DNA of 63,767 nucleotides. It comes from a virus. Lineage: Duplodnaviria > Caudoviricetes. Position 1 is the first letter of the stretch. Each line of letters starts with the position of its first letter. Location: IMG/VR virus record IMGVR_UViG_3300042475_001147, positions 1-63,767 of that record; one strand, written 5' to 3'. Made by a program: the position numbers and the translations under genes. Under the pieces are notes generated by a model, which saw only the letters and a list, made by a program, of their open reading frames with translations, made no database searches and was not told the DNA's origin. Below are positions 38,330 through 46,114 of the stretch, piece by piece.

Positions 38330-38583
38330 CTATTTGTATTTTTTTCGGTGTCGGTGTCGTAACGACACCGCGTAAACCCTTGATAGTCAAGGGGTTGCGG
38401 GGTTGGGGGTAAAATACACAATTTGCGGGTGTGCATCACGATGGAGGGCAACCCCATAGCCAAAAGGCGATGAATCTATGAAAAAAGGGCAAAAATCGGG
38501 GCAAAAAAGGGGAAAAGGGGAGGGGGGCTATGCGAAAAAAAGTGACTTTCTCTATGGGTCGTGCGCGCAAATCGGGGGGTATA

Positions 38584-38638
38584 ACCCCCACACTGAGAGT
38601 GTCTAGTATCTCCTGTACCCCCACACTGAGAGTATCTA
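38584..38638 (+). repeat. 22-bp direct repeat ACCCCCACACTGAGAGTRTCTA, 2 copies
   Basis: 38584-38605 and 38617-38638, 21/22 identical. Confidence 0.9.
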
Positions 38639-38673
38639 ACCTCTTCAAGAACATTGCTTATATTTGCTCAATC

Positions 38674-38886
38674 ATGATAAAGAAGTTCAACATTGTAGCG
38701 AGCCATATCAGTTATGGTGCTACGCAAGAGAGTCCCAGTTACGAGATGGGCATTAGCAAGTATGCGCAGATGCGCAAGGATCGTATGAAGGAGCAGAAGA
38801 TTGAGATGATGAGCGAGGCATACAAGAGAGCCGAGCGAAGTGAGGATGCAATGGAGATGCTTATGCCAATTGTAAAACGCGGTTAA
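38674..38886 (+). CDS. 70-aa hypothetical protein
   Basis: TATATTTG at 38659-38666 upstream; terminator downstream. Confidence 0.6.
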   Translation: MIKKFNIVASHISYGATQESPSYEMGISKYAQMRKDRMKEQKIEMMSEAYKRAERSEDAMEMLMPIVKRG

Positions 38887-38930
38887 GCGCATCAATCACA
38901 TAAGGATGCCGAAGGCAGACTTGTCATTAT

Positions 38931-38956
38931 GAAGGGGGCTATATGCTCCCTTTTTT
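38931..38956 (+). terminator. Intrinsic terminator
   Basis: AAGGGGGC-TATAT-GCTCCCTT plus T run. Confidence 0.7.
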
Positions 38957-39020
38957 CGTCCCCATAGGGCAAGAATTGTCCTATGTCTGACCCCATTTGG
39001 TCCCAAATCGCCCCTCAAAA

Positions 39021-39390
39021 GCCAACATAAATGTCCCCAAATTCAACATAAAGTTGTCATTTTTCGACATAAGTGCCTCGATTTTCAACATAATTGGCCT
39101 AAAAAACAACATGTTTTTGGCATGAATTGAAATTTTCAACATGCCTTATTACTACATAACTTAGACAATTCTACAATACTATGACAATTGCATGTTAAAC
39201 TTAACATAGTTTATGTTAAAAATATGTTGAAATTGAAATTAGTAACTCATTGAAAATAAAGGAGTTAAAAGGAAATATGTTGAAAATGTTGAAAATGAAA
39301 CCGAAATGAAAATAAAAAAAAAAGTTGCGCATTAAGAAAAGAGAGAGAGAGATAAGGAAAAGTCAACATCAACATTAACATATTCAACAT
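39021..39390. other. Origin-like element B
   Basis: CRACAT copies end at 39028, 39049, 39070, 39091, 39112 (exact 21-bp period); core homologous to 23424-23606. Confidence 0.65.
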
Positions 39391-39434
39391 CACAAATTTT
39401 GTGATGGAGGAAAATGTGAAAGGAGATCGTCCTG

Positions 39435-39464
39435 TTGCACATACGATGTGAAGATGTATATTTG
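39435..39464 (+). promoter_or_regulatory. groEL promoter (TTG-19 nt-TATATTTG)
   Basis: Canonical Bacteroidota -33/-7 arrangement. Confidence 0.7.
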
Positions 39465-39488
39465 TGGTATCAAATCAAATCGAATTAT

Positions 39489-41111
39489 ATGAATTTAGGT
39501 TATTCTCCGAAGGACTTGGCTTTTGACGAAGAGGCACAAGGCAAGTTGGTTAGTGGTATCAAGAAACTTTCCAAGGCAGTTAAGAGTACATTGGGGCCTA
39601 GCGGCAACACGGTATTGATTGAGTCACCCAACCATACGCATGGCCTTACGGTCACCAAGGATGGTGTAACTGTGGCCAAGTCGATAGACTTGATTGACCC
39701 GATTGAGAACTTGGCTGTGAAGATTGTCAAGCAGGCTGCCGATCGCACTGCGACGGAGGCGGGTGATGGTACGACTACGAGTATTGTGCTGACGGAGTCT
39801 TTGATTCTTAATGGCTTGGACCATTTGAACGCGAACCCGTCATTGAACCGTACTGAACTGCTACGCAGTTTGGTGGAGGTGAGTGATTTGGTGGTGGAGA
39901 AGTTGAAGCAGAATGGTAAGAAGTTGACGAACGCTATGCTTACGGACGTGGCTACGATTTCTGCCAACAATGACAAAAACATTGGTGGGATAATTGCTGG
40001 CGTTTACAAGGAAGTTGGTAAGACTGGTATTGTAACGGTGGAGAGAAGCCAAAGTACAGAGACGTATGCGGAGACTACGCTCGGGTTGAAGATTGATAGG
40101 GGGTATTTGAGTCCGTTGTTCATCAATGATCAGAAGAAGGACGAGTGCGTGTACGAGGATGTGATGGTATTGGTGGCTGACATGGAGATTAGCAACATCC
40201 TGCAATTGGAGTTGGTATTGAAGCCCATCATTCAGGAGAACAAGAAGATTTTATTGATTGCACCGTGCAATGTTAACGTGGTGAACACGTTGGCTGCGAA
40301 CGTAATGAAGAACAACCTGAAGATTGTGGCTATCCAACCACCTAGTTTTGGGTATAAGCAGCACGAGTTGATGCAGGACATCGCTGTGAGTGTGGGTGCA
40401 ACCTACTATAGCGAGAAGACCGGCGACGATTTGAGCCTGATCAACTACTCGGACCTAGGCCATGCCGCCAAAGTGATCGTCTCTTCAGACAAAACCATAC
40501 TGATTAAATCCACCGCGCGCTCTAACCAGCAGACAATCGACGAGCGAGTGGCTCAATTGTGGCAATCACACGCACAAGCAGCAAAGAAAGCAGACAAGGA
40601 CTTTCTGTTGGAGCGCATCGCCTCCTTGACTGGTGGTATTGGTGTCATATACGTTGGTGGAAACACCGACTTGGAGCAGAAGGAGTTGTACGACCGCGTC
40701 GATGACGCAGTATGTGCCGTTCGTTCGGCCCTCGAGGAAGGCATTTTGCCGGGTTCTGGACGCGCTTTGCACCACATTGCTACCCAAGATACCATGTTCT
40801 CATCGATCGTGCCTCACAGCGCAGAAAAATTAGCCGCCATTCATATCCTAAAACAATCCCTACAAGCCCCACTCAACCAAATCCTGACCAACGCTGGCAT
40901 AAGTGTACACTCTGTGTACGATGATGTGACTGAATTCAACATGGGCTACAACTTGAAGACAGGATCTCACGGTGATTTGATCAAGATGGGTGTAGTTGAC
41001 CCGTTGAAGGTAACGCGATGTGCTTTGCAGAACGCCATCAGCGTAGCGGTAACCATTTTATCCACCAACGCAATCGTGACAATGGCACGAGTATACGAAC
41101 CACAGCCATGA
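39489..41111 (+). CDS. groEL: Chaperonin GroEL, 540 aa
   Basis: TLGPSG, VTKDGVTVAK, AGDGTTT, ATISANND, DRGYLSP, ALEEGILPG, GVVDP.KV.R.AL.NA; no GGM tail. Confidence 0.97.
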   Translation: MNLGYSPKDLAFDEEAQGKLVSGIKKLSKAVKSTLGPSGNTVLIESPNHTHGLTVTKDGVTVAKSIDLIDPIENLAVKIVKQAADRTATEAGDGTTTSIVLTESLILNGLDHLNANPSLNRTELLRSLVEVSDLVVEKLKQNGKKLTNAMLTDVATISANNDKNIGGIIAGVYKEVGKTGIVTVERSQSTETYAETTLGLKIDRGYLSPLFINDQKKDECVYEDVMVLVADMEISNILQLELVLKPIIQENKKILLIAPCNVNVVNTLAANVMKNNLKIVAIQPPSFGYKQHELMQDIAVSVGATYYSEKTGDDLSLINYSDLGHAAKVIVSSDKTILIKSTARSNQQTIDERVAQLWQSHAQAAKKADKDFLLERIASLTGGIGVIYVGGNTDLEQKELYDRVDDAVCAVRSALEEGILPGSGRALHHIATQDTMFSSIVPHSAEKLAAIHILKQSLQAPLNQILTNAGISVHSVYDDVTEFNMGYNLKTGSHGDLIKMGVVDPLKVTRCALQNAISVAVTILSTNAIVTMARVYEPQP

Positions 41112-41365
41112 AGCCCATCGGAAAGTACATAGTCATCTCCAACATTGAGGAGGAAGTAAAGACGGACACAGGTCTGTTGTTGTCGGCCAGAGATGCTGAC
41201 GAGTTTAGGTACAAGAAGGCCAAGGTAGTGGCTTCGGGAACGGATGTAACCCATATCAAAGAGGGTGATGTGATCCATTATGATAAGGGTCACTCATTCA
41301 CGATGGTGATCAGTGGGCATCACTACACGATCATACAGGAGCGGGATGTAGTTATTGTCCTCTAG
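41108..41365 (+). CDS. groES: Co-chaperonin GroES, 85 aa
   Basis: MKPIGKYIVI...TDTGLLL...KVVASG...IKEGDVI.Y...IIQERDV; ATGA-coupled to groEL. Confidence 0.9.
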   Translation: MKPIGKYIVISNIEEEVKTDTGLLLSARDADEFRYKKAKVVASGTDVTHIKEGDVIHYDKGHSFTMVISGHHYTIIQERDVVIVL

Positions 41366-41855
41366 AGCGGCGTATGCGCTCATTGCGCAGGCGTTCGGCT
41401 TCTTGGGCTGCGGCAAACTCGGCCTCTTTCTTTTTATTCTCCTTGATTTCCTCGACCATAGTGGCCATGAAGTTCTTGTAGCGGGTCTCGAGGTAGCGCT
41501 TACGGCGCTTGTCCATACGTTGGGTGATGGTAGGAAAGCCATCGCCATTGAGGATGGAGTAGATGTTGTTGATTACGCGTTGTGTTTTGATGGTCACTTC
41601 ATAGACATCTCGTTTGGCGTACTTGTTTCCGCTTGGGAGCCTTGTGATCCATCCGCGCTCGCATAGGCTTTGCAGTCGCTTGACGTTCCAAGGCATGGTC
41701 TTTTCGTATTTCTCGAACTGGTAGTTGCTGAAGTATTTTTCATCGTGGATATAGAACAGCACGTCAAGATCATCTTGGTTTAGATTATACTTCATCATGG
41801 TGTACTTCCGTACGATCCTCCAGTACTTCATGTAGGAATAGTGTGGGGCATTCAT
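41352..41855 (-). CDS. Putative winged-helix (MarR-like) protein
   Basis: LNQDDLDVLFYI...LQSLCERGWI...YEVT pattern. Confidence 0.55.
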   Translation of the reverse strand: MNAPHYSYMKYWRIVRKYTMMKYNLNQDDLDVLFYIHDEKYFSNYQFEKYEKTMPWNVKRLQSLCERGWITRLPSGNKYAKRDVYEVTIKTQRVINNIYSILNGDGFPTITQRMDKRRKRYLETRYKNFMATMVEEIKENKKKEAEFAAAQEAERLRNERIRRSRGQ

Positions 41856-41900
41856 TTAATTAAATTTGATTACATTTGTGATGCAAAAATAACCATACCT

Positions 41901-42065
41901 ATGAAAAAATCACAATCAATGGGCGGATTGCCAAAGGCATCCATGATGAAAGAGCCTGCTGCTAAAAAAAGCGCTGGTAAAGTAGTTCCTACAGGCAAAG
42001 GTGCAACTGCCAAGTTGATGGCTGGTGCCAAGAAAGCCGCAATGGCCAAGAAAAAAGGTTATTAA
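41901..42065 (+). CDS. Small Lys/Ala-rich protein, 54 aa
   Basis: TACATTTG at 41871-41878 upstream. Confidence 0.55.
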   Translation: MKKSQSMGGLPKASMMKEPAAKKSAGKVVPTGKGATAKLMAGAKKAAMAKKKGY

Positions 42066-42070
42066 TCTTT

Positions 42071-42361
42071 ATGGCTAACAAGTCCAAGATGGCGTGCAAT
42101 CGCCCGGTTCCTTCAGACAGACCGGGTAAGAAGAAGATGGTCAAGGCGTGTGCCGGTGGCAAGGAGAAACTCCTGCATTTTGGTGCAAAGGGGTACGGAA
42201 ATAACTATTCTGCCGCTGCCCGTAAATCTTTCAAGGCACGCCATTCTTGCGACACTGCTAGTGACAAGTTAACGCCCAGGTATTGGGCGTGTAAGAATTT
42301 ATGGGCCGGGCCGGGTGGTGCTACCACTCCATCGCCCAAAAGCCGGAAGGGGAAGTACTAA
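42071..42361 (+). CDS. Small basic phage protein
   Basis: KKKMVKAC..GKEKL.HFG...RKSFKARH.C...RYWAC..LW. Confidence 0.75.
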   Translation: MANKSKMACNRPVPSDRPGKKKMVKACAGGKEKLLHFGAKGYGNNYSAAARKSFKARHSCDTASDKLTPRYWACKNLWAGPGGATTPSPKSRKGKY

Positions 42362-42696
42362 TGAAAGACGCTTGCTACAAAAAAGTCAAGGCATCGTACG
42401 ATGTGTTCCCATCTGCTCGCGCGTCACAGGCGATTGCCAAGTGCAGGAAGGGATCGGGTGCTGTGAACAAAAGCGAAAAGGGTGCAGACCTCAAGCGTTG
42501 GCAGGCGGAGAAGTGGGTGGACACGAAGAGTGGCAAGGCGTGTGGTGCGGGTGGTAAGAACGAGTACTGCCGTCCGACCAAGAGAGTATCTGCACAGACT
42601 CCAAAGACCAAGTCAGAGATCAGCCCATCGAAGTTAGCGGCGAAGAAGGCCGAGAAGAGTAGGGTTGGTATGGGATCGAGGGTATCGAAAGTATAA
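42361..42696 (+). CDS. Small basic phage protein (DUF5872-like)
   Basis: KDACYKKVK..Y..FPSA.AS.AI.KCR; LKRW..EKWVD...CG....YCRP. Confidence 0.7.
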   Translation: MKDACYKKVKASYDVFPSARASQAIAKCRKGSGAVNKSEKGADLKRWQAEKWVDTKSGKACGAGGKNEYCRPTKRVSAQTPKTKSEISPSKLAAKKAEKSRVGMGSRVSKV

Positions 42697-42724
42697 TAGA
42701 AAAAAATCTATAAATTTGCAGTAT

Positions 42725-42895
42725 ATGGAAAACAACAAAAGCAAAGGATTGGGTGACACTGTGGAGAAGATCACAACTGCCACCGGCATTAAGAAAGTAG
42801 TAGAGACCGTGGCTAAGGCGACTGGCAAACCATGTGGTTGTGGTCAGCGCAAGGACGCGTTGAACAGAATATTCCCTTACAATAACGAGAAATAA
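42725..42895 (+). CDS. Small protein SKGLGDT.EK.T..TGIK...CGC..RK..LN
   Basis: TAAATTTG at 42711-42718 upstream; recognisable small phage family. Confidence 0.7.
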   Translation: MENNKSKGLGDTVEKITTATGIKKVVETVAKATGKPCGCGQRKDALNRIFPYNNEK

Positions 42896-43255
42896 ATGCC
42901 GGTCCAATCGCTACAGCACTATCATGGGGCTTTGGTAACTCCTTCCGATACGGAGAGTTTACAACAAAACCTAAGCACGAGCAATCGTAGTAGTTGTCTG
43001 TACGTGGGTATTGGAGGCAATGTGCATATATTGACAGTGGGCGGGGACAACGTCACATTTTTTGGTGTCCCATCAGGGACATTCATTCCTGTACACACAT
43101 CATGGGTATTTGCAACTGGCACGACTGCGTCGAGCATCATTGCATTGGACATGGTTGGTGGATCAAGCGACGACTGCTACTCTACAGACGTGTGGCAGAA
43201 CATCAGCATCTTGTGGCAAGACTGGAACACGCACTGGAACGACTGCTTAACATAA
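42896..43255 (+). CDS. Head-spike base-like protein (RcGTA Rcc01079-like), paralog 1
   Basis: VTPSD...LYVG.GG.V......G..VTF.GV..G.F.PV...V.ATGTTA..I.A. Confidence 0.65.
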   Translation: MPVQSLQHYHGALVTPSDTESLQQNLSTSNRSSCLYVGIGGNVHILTVGGDNVTFFGVPSGTFIPVHTSWVFATGTTASSIIALDMVGGSSDDCYSTDVWQNISILWQDWNTHWNDCLT

Positions 43256-43271
43256 CTAAGAAAATAATAAT

Positions 43272-44966
43272 ATGGGAACTTCTTTATTTAATACCACCCC
43301 TCAGAACACATACCCGAGTCTGATCAAGATCGGTGATAACCTTCCACTGACCGCAACGCTCAAGCGTCTGTCTGATGGTAATGGAAACGACTTGCCACTG
43401 TTGGTATCCACCACAGGTATCACCAACTATGGCGCTGGCGCAATCACAAGCAATACCGCCTTTGGTGCTACTGCATTGGACAGCAACACAACTGGGTCTA
43501 ATAACACGGCGTTTGGACTAAACGCATTAACGGCTAATAGCACAGGCACGACCAACACCGCTATCGGTGCATTGTCGCTTGAGAGCAATACAGCATCCAA
43601 TAACACCGCTTTGGGTTATCGTTCACTAAGGGCGAATACAAGCGGAACGCAAAACGTAGGTGTAGGGGTAGATTCTTTGTTAAGTAATACAACAGGAAAT
43701 AGCAATACAGGTTTAGGTTATAGGGCTTTGAATTTTAATACTACGGGTTTTAACAATACGGCAGTAGGTAGAGATTCGGGCTACGATACAACTACAGGTA
43801 GTAATAATACATCTGTGGGCGTTGCTGCTTTGTTATCTACTACAACAGGAAGTAATAACACCGCTATTGGTGAGGATGCGTTATTAACTAACGTTACAGG
43901 AGGTAATAATACTGCTTTAGGTCAAGCCGCTTTATATAGCAACACCGCCTCCAACAACACCGCCGTAGGTTACGAGGCTGCGTATCAAAATACAAGTGGT
44001 ACGGCTATAACTGCAATAGGTTATCAAGCGTTGAGATTTTCAACAGGTTCGGGTAATAGTGCAGTTGGTACTCAATCGTTATTTTCAAATTCAACAGGTG
44101 CTAGTAACTCTGCATTTGGGGATAGTTCTTTACTTTCTAACACAACAGGCAGTAATAACGTAGGTGTTGGTTGCGCTTCATTAGCGTTTAATACAACAGG
44201 AGGTAACAATACCGCCGTAGGTCGTGATTCATTACGAAACAACACCGCATCAAACAACGTTGCCGTAGGTTTTGAGGCTGCGTTAACTAATACGAGTGGG
44301 GTAGAAATTACTGCAATAGGTTATCGTGCTTTACGTAATAATACAGGTAGTTACAATACCTCTGTTGGTTTTGATTCAATGAGGGATAATTCAACAGGCA
44401 ATGAAAATACCGCAGTAGGTGATGCCGCATTAAGGTCAAATACAACGGGAAGCAACAATGCTGCATTTGGTACTGGAAGTTTAATATTTAATACTACGGG
44501 AAGCAATAGTACCGCTTTAGGATATTATTCTTTATTCAACAACACAGCCTCCAACAACACCGCCGTAGGTTTTGAGGCAGGGTATAGTAATACGAGTCAA
44601 ATAAACATTACTGCAATCGGTTATCAAGCATTAAAACTCTCAACGGGAAATTACAATACCGCAGTAGGTCATGCTTCATTGGTATCAAATACATCGGGTG
44701 AACAAAATACCGCAGTTGGTCGTGCATCTATGTCCGATAACGTAACGGGAAACTATAATACCGCAGTAGGATTAAATACTGCATCGGGTGACTTTTCGGG
44801 TTCTTTAATTTTGGGAGTAAGCGCAACCGCAACAGGAAACAACCAAGCCGTTTTTGGTAGTGCAGGAACTAACGCAGGTGCTATCACCTCTGAATCCCTT
44901 TCCTCAGACGCAACTTGGAGCGTACGCATCAACGGAACTGCATACAAAATTTTACTTAAAGCATAA
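43272..44966 (+). CDS. Beta-solenoid fibre/spike protein with 16-17-aa NTTG.NNTA.G..AL repeats
   Basis: Repeats run through most of the 564 aa. Confidence 0.8.
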   Translation: MGTSLFNTTPQNTYPSLIKIGDNLPLTATLKRLSDGNGNDLPLLVSTTGITNYGAGAITSNTAFGATALDSNTTGSNNTAFGLNALTANSTGTTNTAIGALSLESNTASNNTALGYRSLRANTSGTQNVGVGVDSLLSNTTGNSNTGLGYRALNFNTTGFNNTAVGRDSGYDTTTGSNNTSVGVAALLSTTTGSNNTAIGEDALLTNVTGGNNTALGQAALYSNTASNNTAVGYEAAYQNTSGTAITAIGYQALRFSTGSGNSAVGTQSLFSNSTGASNSAFGDSSLLSNTTGSNNVGVGCASLAFNTTGGNNTAVGRDSLRNNTASNNVAVGFEAALTNTSGVEITAIGYRALRNNTGSYNTSVGFDSMRDNSTGNENTAVGDAALRSNTTGSNNAAFGTGSLIFNTTGSNSTALGYYSLFNNTASNNTAVGFEAGYSNTSQINITAIGYQALKLSTGNYNTAVGHASLVSNTSGEQNTAVGRASMSDNVTGNYNTAVGLNTASGDFSGSLILGVSATATGNNQAVFGSAGTNAGAITSESLSSDATWSVRINGTAYKILLKA

Positions 44967-44984
44967 AATAACTAAATTCGCAAT

Positions 44985-45323
44985 ATGACAACATTCACTT
45001 GGGCAGTAACTGCCCTTTACACAGAAACAGTAGGCACAGAGCAGGACTACGTAGTGATCGCTAACTACCTTGTATTGGGTGGTGATGGCACTTATGGTGC
45101 TGAAATCTCTAACATCGCGCGTTTCTCTACAGAGAACGTAGAGAATTTCGTACCATACGCTGAACTCACAGAGCCAATCGTTATCGGATGGATCCAGGCT
45201 GAGTTGGGTGTGGACGGAGTAGCAAACATCGAGGCATGCATTCAAGGACAGATCGACAGTCAGGCTAATCCTCCTGTTGTTCCTGTGAACACCCCATTGC
45301 CTTGGGCGACACCAGCAAACTAA
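44985..45323 (+). CDS. Fibre-associated protein or chaperone
   Basis: FVPYAELTE..VIGW...QID.Q.NP...PLPW; follows the fibre gene. Confidence 0.6.
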   Translation: MTTFTWAVTALYTETVGTEQDYVVIANYLVLGGDGTYGAEISNIARFSTENVENFVPYAELTEPIVIGWIQAELGVDGVANIEACIQGQIDSQANPPVVPVNTPLPWATPAN

Positions 45324-45337
45324 TTAAATCAAATCAT

Positions 45338-45496
45338 ATGACACAAGAAAACGCAAAGCAAGTAATCGCAGAAGCCCTGCACATGGCAATCGCAAAAGGT
45401 TGCTACGGACTGATCGAAGTTCAGAACATTGTAAAAGCCCTTGAGGTAATCAACGATGTTCCTGTGATTGAGTTCGGATCCGTTGAAGAGGCTTAA
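45338..45496 (+). CDS. Small hypothetical protein
   Basis: ATG after AAATCAAATCAT leader. Confidence 0.5.
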   Translation: MTQENAKQVIAEALHMAIAKGCYGLIEVQNIVKALEVINDVPVIEFGSVEEA

Positions 45497-45511
45497 GCCA
45501 AACCATTAACC

Positions 45512-45547
45512 AAAACAGAAGGAGCCACACGGCTCCTTTTTTGTTTT
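45512..45547 (+). terminator. Intrinsic terminator
   Basis: AAGGAGCC-ACAC-GGCTCCTT plus T run. Confidence 0.85.
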
Positions 45548-45595
45548 CCAATCATATTATTTAAAATCCATATATTTGTATCAAAGAATAAAAAC

Positions 45596-45862
45596 ATGGC
45601 TTATCAGAAACTTCAAATCAGTAGAGCAGCCGCTGTAACTCCCAGTGACACAGTAGATATCCCCAGTGTTTCCACCCAGAGTGGCGTAGGAAACAATGGA
45701 TGTGTATTATACGTTGGCGGATTCGGCGACGTTCGTGTGCTAACTGCTGGCGGTGACGATGTAACATTTGTTGGAATCAACGGTGGGACATTTGTACCGG
45801 TGCAGGTACTTAAGGTTTTCGCAACCAACACGAATGCGACAAACATTGTAGCAATGTGGTAA
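45596..45862 (+). CDS. Head-spike base-like protein, paralog 2
   Basis: AAAVTPSD...LYVGGFGDV.V.T.GG..VTF.G...G.F.PVQV..V.AT.T.ATNIVA; TATATTTG at 45571-45578. Confidence 0.7.
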   Translation: MAYQKLQISRAAAVTPSDTVDIPSVSTQSGVGNNGCVLYVGGFGDVRVLTAGGDDVTFVGINGGTFVPVQVLKVFATNTNATNIVAMW

Positions 45863-45865
45863 CCG

Positions 45866-46114
45866 ATGCAGATTAGTATATCCAACTTGGTCGGTTCCAT
45901 GTACCCATTTTACAATGGGGCTGACTACATCATGAACCTATATGTCGACAGGGTAACTGCCGACGGCGGATACTTAGAGGGTGTAGGCTGTGCATTGAAC
46001 AAACTATCTGGGTACAATTTACCATCACAATATTCAACACGCGTCCAACTTGACGGCGGCTACCAAGAGGCAGCCGTATGTGCAACACGCGCAATACAAG
46101 AATTATCTTTATGA
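45866..46114 (+). CDS. Small virion-associated protein with duplicated RV..DGGY.E...CA motif
   Basis: Internal repeat visible in the translation. Confidence 0.55.
   Translation: MQISISNLVGSMYPFYNGADYIMNLYVDRVTADGGYLEGVGCALNKLSGYNLPSQYSTRVQLDGGYQEAAVCATRAIQELSL

Larger units (their letters stand above)
33801..38368. repeat. Dispersed palindrome class N5, GTGTCGTHACGACAC, 9 copies
   Basis: Starts at 33801, 34809, 35901, 36467, 36744, 36876, 37038, 37225, 38354; often extended toward CGGTGTCGTAACGACACCG. Confidence 0.95.

Noticed and set aside
33801-38368. Palindromes as a CRISPR or mini-CRISPR array
   Set aside because: Repeats are only 15-19 bp, spacing is irregular (about 130-1130 bp), many lie inside ORFs, and there are no cas genes.
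38436-38673. ORFs 38436..38654 (-) and the 5' extension of 38530..38886
   Set aside because: They translate G/A tracts and the 22-bp repeat; the promoter box supports a start at 38674.
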